Shown here piece after piece: positions 9,476 through 20,096 of a DNA stretch of 64,000 nucleotides. Location: positions 18,610 through 82,609 of the forward strand of contig CANHGM010000013.1 of assembly GCA_947460345.1 (NCBI GenBank), written 5' to 3'. A program made the translations under genes and the position numbers. Under the pieces are notes generated by a model that saw nothing but the letters and a program-made list of their open reading frames with translations, ran no database searches and was not told where the DNA came from. How positions within the stretch are numbered: position 1 is the stretch's first letter; every line of letters starts with the position of its first letter. Source of the DNA: Bacteroidota bacterium (lineage in GTDB: Bacteria; Bacteroidota; Bacteroidia; UKL13-3).

Positions 9476-10825
9476 TTAATTATTTAATTTAAAAACTTCT
9501 GTTTTTAGAGCCAAAACCGATTGCGTTTTGCTTGTAATTTTAACTTGATTGGATATAGTATATCCCAATATTCCAATGATTTTTTTGGTCGAATCTTCAA
9601 TTATTCCAATCTTAGATTTTTCAAATTGATTAATTTTCTTATCAACAAACCAATCACTCAACAATTTGGATCCTTTCAGTCCAATAGGGCTAAATCTATC
9701 TCCCTTTTTAAATGTCCGAATAGTTAATGGAAATTGTATTTGGGCAGTATCAAAAAATAATTGGCTTGTGTCTTTTAAATTCAATTTTTGAACGTCTTTG
9801 AAAGTGTCAATTTTATATAGTTGATTGTTCCAACTAAATGATTTTGATTTCTCTGCAATCACTTCCTCTTTGCTCTCTACATCACTTTCTTTAGGTTGAA
9901 TTAATAATTCTCCCCTGTTTATCAATAATTTATGTGTAGATGAAAAATACATATTCCCTGTTTTTTCAATACAAGACAAAAAGACTTCTTCAGCAGTTGC
10001 GTAATTAAAGTTAAATTCTTTTAAAACTTTATACAACAGAGATTTAGCGTATTTATGTTGAATGATCTCTTTAAGTTTAACAATTAAGTTTTCTCCTTCT
10101 TTTTCAATCTGTAAATTTTCTAATTGTTGAGTTAAATAATCACTTATAATCATTTCGTCTTGAAACAAATGTCTCGAAAAATCGTAAAATGTTTGTTCGA
10201 TTGATGGATTCAATTCCCTTAAAATAGGCAAAATTTCTTTTCTTATTTTGTTCCTCTTATATATCGTTTTCTCATTAGTAGCGTCTTCTCTGTATGCCAC
10301 ATTATTTTCTTTTGCATAAGATTCTATCATTGCCCTCGTAGCAAATAGCATCGGACGTGCAATATTATTCTTAAGTGGCAAAATCCCATGTAACCCTTTG
10401 ATACCAGTTCCTCTGATAAGATTTAACAAGATAGTCTCCACTTGGTCGGTTTGGTGGTGAGCCGTAAGCAATCTTTGATAATTATGATTAGTCATAATGT
10501 CTTCAAACCACTGATATCTTAACTCTCTTGCAGCTTGTTGAACAGACATTTTATGCTCTTTCTGAAATGTTTTTGTATCGAACAAAACAGTATGAAATGC
10601 TATTCCATGTGCTTTACAATTATCTCTCACAAATTCTTCATCAGCATTGCCATCCTCTCTCCTCAATCCAAAATTGCAATGTGCCACCCCAAAATTAAAA
10701 CCTGCTTCTACTGCTATTCTAAACATCACCATTGAATCAATTCCACCACTAACTGCTAATAGCAATTTGTCATTCTTTTCAAATAGATGATGCTTATTTA
10801 CAAATACTTCAAATGCTTTATTCAT
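9476..10825 (-). CDS. tilS: tRNA(Ile)-lysidine synthetase
   Basis: PP-loop motif LLLAVSGGIDSMVM near the N-terminus. Length (449 aa) and C-terminal extension fit TilS. Confidence 0.85.
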   Translation of the reverse strand: MNKAFEVFVNKHHLFEKNDKLLLAVSGGIDSMVMFRIAVEAGFNFGVAHCNFGLRREDGNADEEFVRDNCKAHGIAFHTVLFDTKTFQKEHKMSVQQAARELRYQWFEDIMTNHNYQRLLTAHHQTDQVETILLNLIRGTGIKGLHGILPLKNNIARPMLFATRAMIESYAKENNVAYREDATNEKTIYKRNKIRKEILPILRELNPSIEQTFYDFSRHLFQDEMIISDYLTQQLENLQIEKEGENLIVKLKEIIQHKYAKSLLYKVLKEFNFNYATAEEVFLSCIEKTGNMYFSSTHKLLINRGELLIQPKESDVESKEEVIAEKSKSFSWNNQLYKIDTFKDVQKLNLKDTSQLFFDTAQIQFPLTIRTFKKGDRFSPIGLKGSKLLSDWFVDKKINQFEKSKIGIIEDSTKKIIGILGYTISNQVKITSKTQSVLALKTEVFKLNN

Positions 10826-12457
10826 TATATTTCATTATTATTATTGATAATGATCTTTATAGATTTATTTTGTAGCGAAATTACTTTATTTCACGTATTA
10901 AAAATATTGAAAATTAAATCTATTTTTTACTTTTTAAAAAACTATATATACCCAACAAATAGCCGATTATTTGTTACCTTCTTATATATATTCTTTTATT
11001 TAAATTCTCATAGTCAAGTTAGACAAATTGAAATAATTAATAGCGACCAATTAGCAGTAGACCAAAACATGCCAGATGTGAAAAAACTTATTGGTAATGT
11101 TGCCTTAAAACATGAAAATGCAATTATGTATTGCGATAGTGCTTATTTATTTGATGCTGATAATAAGTTTGAAGCATTTAGTCATGTTAGAATAAATCAA
11201 GGTGACAGCATGAGCTTACAAAGCAAACATTTAATATATGAAGGTAATTCAAAAATTGCTCATACAGATGGAAATGTAGTGCTTAATCAAAAAAATATGA
11301 CATTGTATACTGATAGGCTTGATTATGATATGTCATCTAAAATAGCCAACTATTCTCAAAAAGCAAAAATTGTTACCAATGAAAATGTATTAACAAGTCA
11401 AAATGGAAACTATAATAGCAATACAAAAGAATTGTTCTTTAAACGAAATGTAGTCTTAGTGAATCCCAAATATACTATGACTACTGATACCATGAAGTTT
11501 AATACGATATCAGAAATTGCATACTTTTATGGCCCAACTTATATAGTTACTAAAACTCGCGATAGTATATATTGTGAAAATGGTTGGTATGATACAAAAA
11601 AAGATTTTGCTCAATTTAGCAAAAACGCCTCTATAGTTTCTGGCGCACAACATCTTAAATCTGATAGTATGACCTATAACCAAGTTTCAGGTATAGGCAA
11701 AGGTTTCAAAAATATATGGTTTAATGACACTACTGAAAAGCTCACCATCACCGGCATTTATGGAGAATATTACCAAAAAAGCAAATCCTCTTTTGTCACC
11801 GGAAAAGCAATAGCCATTCAAATTTCAGATAGCGATACTATATATACACATGCCGATACCTTAAGATATATAGGCGATACCAGTTATAATAATTCAAAAA
11901 TGATATTAGCATATAAGCATGTGAAAATTTTTAAAATTGATATTCAAAGTGCTGCCGATAGTATGTGCTATTCTTTTTCTGACTCCATTATAAGATTATA
12001 TCAAAACCCAATTCTTTGGAATAAACAAAACCAACTTACTGCTGACACTATATATATATATCAAAAAAACAACAAACCCAATTATATTGAACTCATCAAC
12101 AAAGCCTTTATTTGTTCGCAAGAAAAAGGAAGACACTACAATCAGATAAAAGGCAAGAAAATATATGGATATATTGAAGACAATGAACTGAATAGGGTGA
12201 AAGTAGAAATCAATGGTGAAAGTATATATTATGTAAAAGAAGATTCTTTACACTACACAGGTATCAATCAAATTTCTTGCAAACAAATGATGATATACTT
12301 TAAAGACAAACAAGTAAGTGGCATCAAATTTTATACTGAAAACAAGGGCACCATTTATCCTGTAAACGGTTCTAATCCTTCAAAATTAAGATTAAAAGGT
12401 TTTAATTGGCAAGACAACAGAAGACCAAAAAAACCTTCGGATATTTTAATTGATTAA
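10787..12457 (+). CDS. OstA-like (LptD/OstA N-terminal-like) repeat protein, putative periplasmic LPS-transport-related
   Basis: Repeated beta-jellyroll-like segments resembling OstA_N (…HTDGNVVLNQKNMTLYTDRLDYD…, …AKIVTNENVLTSQNGNYNSNTKELFFKRNVVL…). The ORF's 5' end overlaps the divergent tilS start by 39 nt. The first ~90 codons are low-complexity and lack a convincing signal peptide, so the true start is probably downstream or non-ATG. Confidence 0.45.
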   Translation: MMLIYKYFKCFIHYISLLLLIMIFIDLFCSEITLFHVLKILKIKSIFYFLKNYIYPTNSRLFVTFLYIFFYLNSHSQVRQIEIINSDQLAVDQNMPDVKKLIGNVALKHENAIMYCDSAYLFDADNKFEAFSHVRINQGDSMSLQSKHLIYEGNSKIAHTDGNVVLNQKNMTLYTDRLDYDMSSKIANYSQKAKIVTNENVLTSQNGNYNSNTKELFFKRNVVLVNPKYTMTTDTMKFNTISEIAYFYGPTYIVTKTRDSIYCENGWYDTKKDFAQFSKNASIVSGAQHLKSDSMTYNQVSGIGKGFKNIWFNDTTEKLTITGIYGEYYQKSKSSFVTGKAIAIQISDSDTIYTHADTLRYIGDTSYNNSKMILAYKHVKIFKIDIQSAADSMCYSFSDSIIRLYQNPILWNKQNQLTADTIYIYQKNNKPNYIELINKAFICSQEKGRHYNQIKGKKIYGYIEDNELNRVKVEINGESIYYVKEDSLHYTGINQISCKQMMIYFKDKQVSGIKFYTENKGTIYPVNGSNPSKLRLKGFNWQDNRRPKKPSDILID

Positions 12458-12461
12458 TTTA

Positions 12462-14363
12462 CTAATCTTCACCTCCGCCAGTTCTGTCATATAAGTCGTC
12501 TATCTCTTTTTTAAACTTTGACTCTACAACTTTTCTTTTCACACTTTGCTTTGGTGTCATCTCTCCATTCTCAATAGAAAATGAATTTCGTTTGATGATA
12601 TACCCTTTTATCCGTTCAAACTTAGCTAGTTCAAGACCTAGTTTTTGTATATCTGCTTTTAACCAATCCATCACTTCTGAGTCGTTTATCCAAATCTCAT
12701 CTTGGGTAAAATAACTCTCACTAAAATTAAAATATTCTTTCAATTCATCTTTTGAAGGAACAATGATGGCTGTTAGATATTCTCTTTTGTCACCTATAAT
12801 AAAAATCTGTTCTATTTTTCTGCTCTTTAAATATACGTTCTCTACTTGCGTTGGATATATATTTTTTCCAAACGAATTGACAATTATATTTTTTAACCTA
12901 TCCGTAATTTTTAGATTGCCCATATAAAACTTACCTATATCACCCGTGTGAAACCAGCCTTCGCTGTCAATTACTTTGGCTGTTTCATGTTCTTGTTTCC
13001 AATATCCCTTCATTAAATTAGGGCCTTTCATCAAAATTTCACCCTCGGCACTTTCAAAACTTGGTTTAAAGTTATCATACGTTTGTATTGTATATATTTC
13101 TAAAGTATCAGGGTTTTGTATAGCCACTTGCTGACCTGGCCCTACCCTGCCTACAGTTCCTACTAATTGTCTGTTAAACTCATTTACAGTTATAAATGGT
13201 GATGTTTCTGTAAGTCCGTATCCTTCTAAAACCTTAATCCCAATGGCTGCAAAAAAATTAGCCACATGTATAGGGCAAGCTGCTCCGCCACTTACTATAA
13301 AATGTATACGCCCGCCAAGTCTGTTTTTAATTTTTGTATATACTAATTTCTCTGCTAACGCTGATTGAATTTTCAACCATGGACTGATATAACCTCCATT
13401 CAAAAGCTTATGCTGTTTTATGGCTCCAACAGCTATGGCCCATTCAAATATCTTTAAACTTATTCCTCCTTTTATCTCCACATTCTTTCTCACTTTTTCT
13501 TCTATCTTCTCAAGCAATCTAGGAACAGTGGCTAATATTGTTGGTTTTATTTCACCCACATTGGTAGCTATTTTTTCTATGTTTTCAGCAAACGCAACTT
13601 GCGATCCTTTATATAACCCGATATAGTAAGATACGCATCTCTCATACACATGACTTAACGGCAAGAAAGATAAAAACATTTCTGTTTCAGTAAATTCATT
13701 CATCAACGTTAAACCTGATGCGGCATTATTCAAAAAATTGCCATGGGTAAGAATTGCTCCCTTAGGGTTACCTGTTGTACCTGAGGTATAGAGCAATGTA
13801 GCAGTATCATTAAAACCCACACCTTCATATATTCCCTCTATTTCTTCTTTCTTTTCAGGATATATATTCACCCCCTCCTGTATATAATGTTTCCAAGATT
13901 TAACTTTGGGATCATTCCATATTTTTTCAGGTTCGTCAAAAACCGTAATGATAAAATTAAGATTTGGTAAATTCTCTGATACTTTCTTTAATTTTTTTAA
14001 CAAAAACGGACTTCCTACCAATACCCCTTTTGCTTCTGAATCGTTGTATATAAATTCTATTTCTGACTCTGATAAAGTAGGATATATACTGGCATTCACA
14101 ATCCCAACTTGTTGCAATCCTTGGTCAAATAAAAAATACTCAGGACAATTCTCTGTTAAAAAAGCTACCTTTTCACCTTTTGAAACTCCCTGTGCTAACA
14201 TGTTTGCCGAAACGGCATTAATCATGGTCTCACCTTCTTTATAAGTGATTGGCTTATATACCCCATCAACTTTTCTAAACAACCAATCACGTTCAGGTTG
14301 GTGTATATGATATGCCGAATTTCTGAATAAGTGATGTAGGTTTTTAAATGGGATATTGCTCAT
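12462..14363 (-). CDS. Long-chain-fatty-acid--CoA ligase (AMP-dependent synthetase/ligase family)
   Basis: AMP-binding motif LYTSGTTGNPKGAILTHGN. 633 aa is typical of Bacteroidota ACSL-like enzymes. Confidence 0.8.
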   Translation of the reverse strand: MSNIPFKNLHHLFRNSAYHIHQPERDWLFRKVDGVYKPITYKEGETMINAVSANMLAQGVSKGEKVAFLTENCPEYFLFDQGLQQVGIVNASIYPTLSESEIEFIYNDSEAKGVLVGSPFLLKKLKKVSENLPNLNFIITVFDEPEKIWNDPKVKSWKHYIQEGVNIYPEKKEEIEGIYEGVGFNDTATLLYTSGTTGNPKGAILTHGNFLNNAASGLTLMNEFTETEMFLSFLPLSHVYERCVSYYIGLYKGSQVAFAENIEKIATNVGEIKPTILATVPRLLEKIEEKVRKNVEIKGGISLKIFEWAIAVGAIKQHKLLNGGYISPWLKIQSALAEKLVYTKIKNRLGGRIHFIVSGGAACPIHVANFFAAIGIKVLEGYGLTETSPFITVNEFNRQLVGTVGRVGPGQQVAIQNPDTLEIYTIQTYDNFKPSFESAEGEILMKGPNLMKGYWKQEHETAKVIDSEGWFHTGDIGKFYMGNLKITDRLKNIIVNSFGKNIYPTQVENVYLKSRKIEQIFIIGDKREYLTAIIVPSKDELKEYFNFSESYFTQDEIWINDSEVMDWLKADIQKLGLELAKFERIKGYIIKRNSFSIENGEMTPKQSVKRKVVESKFKKEIDDLYDRTGGGED

Positions 14364-14399
14364 GTGATTCGTATAAAAAGCAAAACATTATATATATAA

Positions 14400-15356
14400 T
14401 TACAGCAATGTATCAATGATTTTTTCTATCGAAATTCCTTCAGCTTCTGCTTTATAATTTCTGATGATACGATGACGCAATATTGGTTTGGCTATTGCTT
14501 GCACATCTTCAATATCTGGCGATAATTTGCCATTAAACAATGCATGGCATTTAGCTCCCAATATCAAAAACTGACCTGCTCTTGGGCCCGCACCATAACT
14601 CAAGTATTTTGTAGCATATTCATGTGCATACTCACTACTAGCTCTGGTTTTACTCACTAGTTTTACAGCATATTCAACTACATTGTCTGCCACAGGTACT
14701 TTTCTAATGAGTTGTTGATATTTCAAAATATCATTCCCAGTTAATATAGGTTTTAACTGTTGGGTGATAGAGCCTGTAGTTGCTTTCACTACCATCACTT
14801 CATCTGCAAATTTCGGGTAATCTATCACCACATTAAACATAAACCTGTCTAATTGTGCCTCAGGCAAAGCATATGTTCCTTCTTGCTCAATTGGATTTTG
14901 GGTTGCTAATACAAAAAATGGATTGGGTAACATATGTTTGTTTCCTCCTACTGTAACACTTTTTTCTTGCATAGCTTCAAGCAAAGCAGCCTGTGTTTTG
15001 GGTGGTGTTCTGTTTATCTCATCTGCTAATATGATGTTCGAAAAAATGGGTCCTCTGATAAACTTAAAATTTCTGTTTTCATCTAATATTTCAGAACCTG
15101 AAATATCGCTTGGCATTAAGTCTGGTGTAAATTGTATGCGATTAAAACTTAAATCTAATACCTGTGAAATGGTATTCACCAAAAGTGTTTTAGCAAGTCC
15201 GGGCACCCCAACTAACAATACATGTCCGTTGCAAAAAATACAAGTAAGTACATCATTTACCACTTGGTCTTGCCCTATTACTACTTTGCCAACCTCTGCC
15301 ATCATTTGCTTATAGCCATCTCTTAAGCTTTCTGCAGCTGCTACGTCTTCGTTCAT
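14400..15356 (-). CDS. MoxR-family AAA+ ATPase
   Basis: Walker A VLLVGVPGLAKT. MoxR-specific downstream helix LSFNRIQFTPDLMPSDI. 318 aa. Confidence 0.85.
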   Translation of the reverse strand: MNEDVAAAESLRDGYKQMMAEVGKVVIGQDQVVNDVLTCIFCNGHVLLVGVPGLAKTLLVNTISQVLDLSFNRIQFTPDLMPSDISGSEILDENRNFKFIRGPIFSNIILADEINRTPPKTQAALLEAMQEKSVTVGGNKHMLPNPFFVLATQNPIEQEGTYALPEAQLDRFMFNVVIDYPKFADEVMVVKATTGSITQQLKPILTGNDILKYQQLIRKVPVADNVVEYAVKLVSKTRASSEYAHEYATKYLSYGAGPRAGQFLILGAKCHALFNGKLSPDIEDVQAIAKPILRHRIIRNYKAEAEGISIEKIIDTLL

Positions 15357-15418
15357 ATATGTTTTTATGTTGTTTTTAGTTTGCGAATTTACAATTTTTA
15401 ACCTTTAGTTTTATATTT

Positions 15419-17017
15419 CTATCCTTTGGCTTTTTTAATTAAGGTTAAACTTAAAAAAACAAAAGCAATTAATACCCCCAATATTGATATATAATCACCA
15501 GCTATTGTATAAAAAGTAATTTTATTATTTATAGTGATGCTTCCTTTTAATATACAAGGTTTCCACCATTCGGTTTGGTCGTATATATCTCCTTTTTCAT
15601 CTATCAAGGCACTTATGCCTGTGTTGGCACATCTGGCTATACTCCTTCTGGTTTCAATAGCCCTTATGGTTCCATAATCTAAATGCTGCTTATACCCATC
15701 GGTGTTTCCCCACCAACCATCATTGGTTATTATCCCTATATAGTCTGCTCCTTTTTGTATATATTGTCTCACGTAGTCGCCATAAATACTCTCATAACAT
15801 ATAACAGGTGCGGCATTGGCAACTGTCCCTTTTAATATTGACGGCTCATCGTCTACACCCAAACTACCACTAATGCCTCCATTATCAATAGCATATTTTT
15901 CTAAAAACTTTAACAAAACCGGAAACGGCATTTTCTCTACACCCGGCACCAATTTGCTTTTATGATATATTTGTATGGGTTTATTATTGGTTATATATAT
16001 GGCCGTATTGTAATAATCTACATATACATTATTGGGCTGAAGTCTGGCTGTAGTTGATGGTTCTTCGTTGGGGTTATATATTTTATAGGTCGAAATACCT
16101 GTAAGCACTTCTAAATTCGGATACTTTTGCAAGAATTGTTGAAGCATTTTAACCTCCTCATTCATGTCTAGCAAAGCTTCATCAGCAAATGATGTAATAG
16201 CTGTTTCAGGAAACATCAACACCTTGGTATTTGAATCAATGCTTTTTTCAGCCAATGACAGCATTCTCGACAACTGCTCATCTGCTGGCAACCCGTTAAA
16301 CTTTTCAGTATATGGGTCAAGGTTGGGTTGAACTATAACTACTTCAATTTGTTTGTCTGATTGGTTATAGTTTTTATATATAATAAGTGAAACGATAATG
16401 GGTATCAGTATAACAATATCAATAGTAGCTGAGCGTTTAAAATAATTTTGTGTTTCTACTTTATCTGATTTTGTAACATCCAACACCAGTTTTGCTACCA
16501 ATATATTCACTACCCAAATCCAAACTGTTCCACCCATAACGCCAGTATACTCATACCATTGAATAACCGATGGCCATTTTGCAAACACATTCCCTAAGGT
16601 AAGCCAAGGCCAACTGATGTCCCAACGCAAATGTAAATGTTCGAATGCCAACCAATAACACACCAAAGATATATAGGCTATAGTTAAGCTAAATTTCTTT
16701 CTAGTTTTGTGGAACAACAGAACGGGAATGCACATAAACAAGCTATTGAGCGTTATGGCAAACACTGCTTCTTTAGCTGCATTAAACACCCACCAAGTAG
16801 TGAGTATATTCCAAATTAAAAAAAGTATATATAAATTGCCTAAGAGTTTTGCACTGCCATATTTTCGGGGTTGTTGGTAAAAACTATCTTCAATTAATAA
16901 CACCGGCACCAAGGCTATAAATATAAGAAACGGAAAAGACATAGGAGGCCAAGAAATATAGAGCAATAACGCCCCAATAAATGCCAATATATACTTATTC
17001 TGAATAATTTTTTGCAT
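15419..17017 (-). CDS. lnt: Apolipoprotein N-acyltransferase
   Basis: N-terminal polytopic membrane domain followed by a carbon-nitrogen hydrolase domain. 532 aa. Start abuts the rsmI stop with no gap. Confidence 0.8.
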   Translation of the reverse strand: MQKIIQNKYILAFIGALLLYISWPPMSFPFLIFIALVPVLLIEDSFYQQPRKYGSAKLLGNLYILFLIWNILTTWWVFNAAKEAVFAITLNSLFMCIPVLLFHKTRKKFSLTIAYISLVCYWLAFEHLHLRWDISWPWLTLGNVFAKWPSVIQWYEYTGVMGGTVWIWVVNILVAKLVLDVTKSDKVETQNYFKRSATIDIVILIPIIVSLIIYKNYNQSDKQIEVVIVQPNLDPYTEKFNGLPADEQLSRMLSLAEKSIDSNTKVLMFPETAITSFADEALLDMNEEVKMLQQFLQKYPNLEVLTGISTYKIYNPNEEPSTTARLQPNNVYVDYYNTAIYITNNKPIQIYHKSKLVPGVEKMPFPVLLKFLEKYAIDNGGISGSLGVDDEPSILKGTVANAAPVICYESIYGDYVRQYIQKGADYIGIITNDGWWGNTDGYKQHLDYGTIRAIETRRSIARCANTGISALIDEKGDIYDQTEWWKPCILKGSITINNKITFYTIAGDYISILGVLIAFVFLSLTLIKKAKG

Positions 17018-17698
17018 CTATTTTTCTTCTGATTTTATGACAACAACAAATTCTCCTTTAGGTGCATGTAACGTAAAATGGGTTAACAATTCTTCTGCCG
17101 TTCCATTCAACGTTTCTTCATATATTTTGGTTAACTCTCTAGATAATGATAACATTCTATTGGGTATATATTCTTTAAACTCTTCGAGCATTTTAAGTAT
17201 GCGATGCGGAGATTCATACAGTATATATGTTCGTGAGTCAGCTGCTATATTTTTGATAGCTGTTTGCCTGCCTTTTTTCTGAGGTAAGAATCCTATAAAA
17301 ACAAATTCATTCATCGGAAACCCTGACTTTACAAGTGCTGGTATCAACGCTACTGCACCCGGCAAACATTCTATTGCGATATTATTTTCGTTACAAGCTC
17401 TTGATAACATAAAACCTGGGTCTGAAATACCGGGCGTTCCTGCATCTGTTACTTGTGCTATATTTTTTCCTTTGATAAGTTCATCAATTACATATTGTGT
17501 TGAACTGTGCTCGTTGTTTTGATGGTAAGATTTCAAAGGCGTTGAAATCTGGTAGTGTTTCAACAAATGTGAAGTAACCCTGGTGTCTTCAGCCAATATA
17601 AAGTCAACACTTTTTAATACTTCAATAGCCCTAAATGTAATGTCTGACAAATTCCCAATAGGTGTGGGTACTATATATAATTTACCTGTTGGTTTCAT
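17018..17698 (-). CDS. rsmI: 16S rRNA (cytidine1402-2'-O)-methyltransferase
   Basis: Tetrapyrrole-methylase fold with the N-terminal motif KLYIVPTPIGNLSDITFRAIEVLKSVDFILAEDTR characteristic of RsmI. Confidence 0.85.
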   Translation of the reverse strand: MKPTGKLYIVPTPIGNLSDITFRAIEVLKSVDFILAEDTRVTSHLLKHYQISTPLKSYHQNNEHSSTQYVIDELIKGKNIAQVTDAGTPGISDPGFMLSRACNENNIAIECLPGAVALIPALVKSGFPMNEFVFIGFLPQKKGRQTAIKNIAADSRTYILYESPHRILKMLEEFKEYIPNRMLSLSRELTKIYEETLNGTAEELLTHFTLHAPKGEFVVVIKSEEK

Positions 17699-19313
17699 CT
17701 GTTTCTTTTGGTTTTGGTACTTTTATTTTTTGTCCTGTTTTTAATGAAGTGGTGTCTAAGTCGTTATTTAATTCTATCAAATCTTTGCGTTTAATTTTAT
17801 ATTTCTTTGCCACTTTATAAAATTTATCTTCTTTTTTCCAAACGTAATTTATCGTTTTTATATTGTTTTCTTTGGTATTGCTAGCAGATGCTTTTTTACT
17901 TGGAATCGTTAATTCTTGACCTATCTCTAATTCATTAGATTCTAGCTTGTTTAATGATTTTAATTCTTCAACATCCACTTCATATTGTTTCGAAATTTTA
18001 TATAAGGTTTCACCAGCAGCCACTATATGTTTTTTAAGCTTTGTTTTATCAGTAGTTTTAACTTCATCTGCACTCAACTTGGCTTTAACTTTTCTAAGCG
18101 AATCAGCTAGTTTTAATTTTTTATATTCTTCATATTGTTTCAAACTTATTGTTATCAAAGTATCTTTGTTTTCAATAGGTTTTATGGTGTTCACAGGCAC
18201 TTCAATCTTTTTGGGCGTTTGTTTTACAATAGTGGTTGTGTCAACTTTTTTGACAGGCAATTCCGCTTTAACTATTGGAGGCTGAACTTTAACTTCAGTG
18301 TTCTGTTTCATTGCTTCGTGGTTCACAAATCCAGTATCGTCTTTAAACAATTTATTATAGTCAAACGGTTCGTCAAACGAGCTTTTAAAATTGGTTTTAT
18401 ATACTTTGGGTTTTAATTCTCTGTTTTCGTTAAGGTTTATTACTTCGCCTGTTTCTGGCTCTTCACCGGGTTCTATCAAATTTCGGGTATATAATTTTCT
18501 AAGCTTAACCGCATACTTTTGAGAAATCATTTGCATGGTTTCTCCTTTTGCAACAGTATGTGTTTGGGTGATTGATTTGTTGCGTTTAGGTTTTAAAAAT
18601 ATAATATCACCTGCTTTACACTCTGCATCATCTGGCAAATCATTATATTTTTCTAATTGCCACATTCTCATGTCATATTCAACAGCAATTTTTTGATATG
18701 TATCACCTTGTTTGGCTATAATGCCGGGCGTTTCATTTATATTTACTTCTTTGCGTTGGTTTTCTTTAAACTCACTTACAATGTTCGATTTTATCTCTTC
18801 ATTAGGTAATATATAATCCAACTTATATAATTCATATTTTTCGATATAGGCTATCAATTGCTCGGCATATTGAGGGTTTGTGGCATATCCAGCTTTTTTC
18901 AACCCATAACTCCAACCTTTATAATCATTGGGTTCTAAGCTAAACAAAAAACCATACCTAGGCTGACTTAACAAAAAATCGCTATGGTCTTTATAACTGA
19001 GATGCACACTGTCATAAGCCCTGAAACACTCTTGCAGCGTATCATCGTCATGGTAAACCCTAGCACCATTCCACTTAGTTTTACATTTTATCCCAAAATG
19101 ATTGTTTGATTGTTTACACAATTCGCTATTACCACAACCACTTTCAAGTAAAGCCTGAGCCATGGTGATACTGGCAGGAATTTTAGCTCTATACATTTCT
19201 TGTACAGCCAGCATTTTATAGGTCTGCACATATTGCTCAATAGTTACTTTATTGGTTTGTGCAAAACAACTCAATTGAATAAAAACAAATAATATATATG
19301 GAATTTTTTTCAA
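17682..19313 (-). CDS. Peptidoglycan hydrolase: N-terminal glucosaminidase (FlgJ-like) domain plus three C-terminal LysM domains
   Basis: Glucosaminidase motif MAQALLESGCGNSELCKQSNNHFGIKC. LysM-like segments HTVAKGETMQMISQKYAV, HIVAAGETLYKISKQYEV, YVWKKEDKFYKVAKKYKI. Signal peptide present. Overlaps the rsmI start by 17 nt. Confidence 0.75.
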   Translation of the reverse strand: MKKIPYILFVFIQLSCFAQTNKVTIEQYVQTYKMLAVQEMYRAKIPASITMAQALLESGCGNSELCKQSNNHFGIKCKTKWNGARVYHDDDTLQECFRAYDSVHLSYKDHSDFLLSQPRYGFLFSLEPNDYKGWSYGLKKAGYATNPQYAEQLIAYIEKYELYKLDYILPNEEIKSNIVSEFKENQRKEVNINETPGIIAKQGDTYQKIAVEYDMRMWQLEKYNDLPDDAECKAGDIIFLKPKRNKSITQTHTVAKGETMQMISQKYAVKLRKLYTRNLIEPGEEPETGEVINLNENRELKPKVYKTNFKSSFDEPFDYNKLFKDDTGFVNHEAMKQNTEVKVQPPIVKAELPVKKVDTTTIVKQTPKKIEVPVNTIKPIENKDTLITISLKQYEEYKKLKLADSLRKVKAKLSADEVKTTDKTKLKKHIVAAGETLYKISKQYEVDVEELKSLNKLESNELEIGQELTIPSKKASASNTKENNIKTINYVWKKEDKFYKVAKKYKIKRKDLIELNNDLDTTSLKTGQKIKVPKPKETDETNR

Positions 19314-19351
19314 TATGGCAAAGTTAAATGATAATCAAAAACAAATACTCA

Positions 19352-19840
19352 CTAAATCAATCTTAACCCCAAAATACTCAACCCAATTTCAACCCCATCC
19401 ATTTCAGCTATACCGGGCAAGAATCCCCATTCACCAAAGCCCATCTTAGTAAAAAACGTAATACTAGGGGTATTATGTTTAAACACAAAAGCCAATATGG
19501 TTTTAATTTGGTTTTGAGAGGCATGAGATGCTGCTTGTTCAAACAGGTTTTTGGCTATATGTTGATGGTGAAAATTATAATCTATATATATGCTTATCTC
19601 AACCGTTTTTTCATACGCTTTTCTACCATAAAAATCTTGAAAGCTACACCACCCTATTACTTGCTGTTGTGTCTCATATACCCACAAAGGCCTATTGGGG
19701 TATATATGTTTCTGAAACCACTCCAGCCGATCTGCTACGGTTACAGGCTCCATATCTGCTGTAGCTAACCTACCCGGAACACTTTGGTTATAGATAGCTA
19801 CTATGGCTGGTAAATCATTAAGAGTGGCTAGTCTTATCAT
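19352..19840 (-). CDS. GNAT-family N-acetyltransferase (PAT/MnaT-like)
   Basis: 162 aa acetyltransferase fold. IRLATLNDLPAIVAIYNQSV N-terminus typical of the phosphinothricin-acetyltransferase-like subfamily. Confidence 0.7.
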   Translation of the reverse strand: MIRLATLNDLPAIVAIYNQSVPGRLATADMEPVTVADRLEWFQKHIYPNRPLWVYETQQQVIGWCSFQDFYGRKAYEKTVEISIYIDYNFHHQHIAKNLFEQAASHASQNQIKTILAFVFKHNTPSITFFTKMGFGEWGFLPGIAEMDGVEIGLSILGLRLI

Positions 19841-20096
19841 CTGAATCAGATTGGTTATTATTTGAAATATAGTTTTTACTGATATATACCGCTACCACAA
19901 CCGCCATTAACAATACCACCAACCTGAACCATGAAAATTGTATATATAATTGATACCCCAATACACCCAGCACCAACAGCAATATTGCCACCCTGGCATA
20001 AGGCAAAAAGGGCAAATCTTGCAACGTTTTTTTTCTAAGTATGATATATACAATGGCCACTACCATTGCTAAAATTAAATATATTTTTTCAGTCAT
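19818..20096 (-). CDS. Small hypothetical membrane protein (92 aa, two predicted TM helices)
   Basis: Hydrophobic ORF overlapping the GNAT gene start by 23 nt. No recognisable family. Its start codon overlaps the stop of the MFS-remnant frame. Confidence 0.3.
   Translation of the reverse strand: MTEKIYLILAMVVAIVYIILRKKTLQDLPFLPYARVAILLLVLGVLGYQLYIQFSWFRLVVLLMAVVVAVYISKNYISNNNQSDSDDKTSHS

Noticed and set aside
14923-15315. 130-aa plus-strand ORF inside moxR
   Set aside because: Antisense shadow ORF within a well-supported AAA+ ATPase gene.
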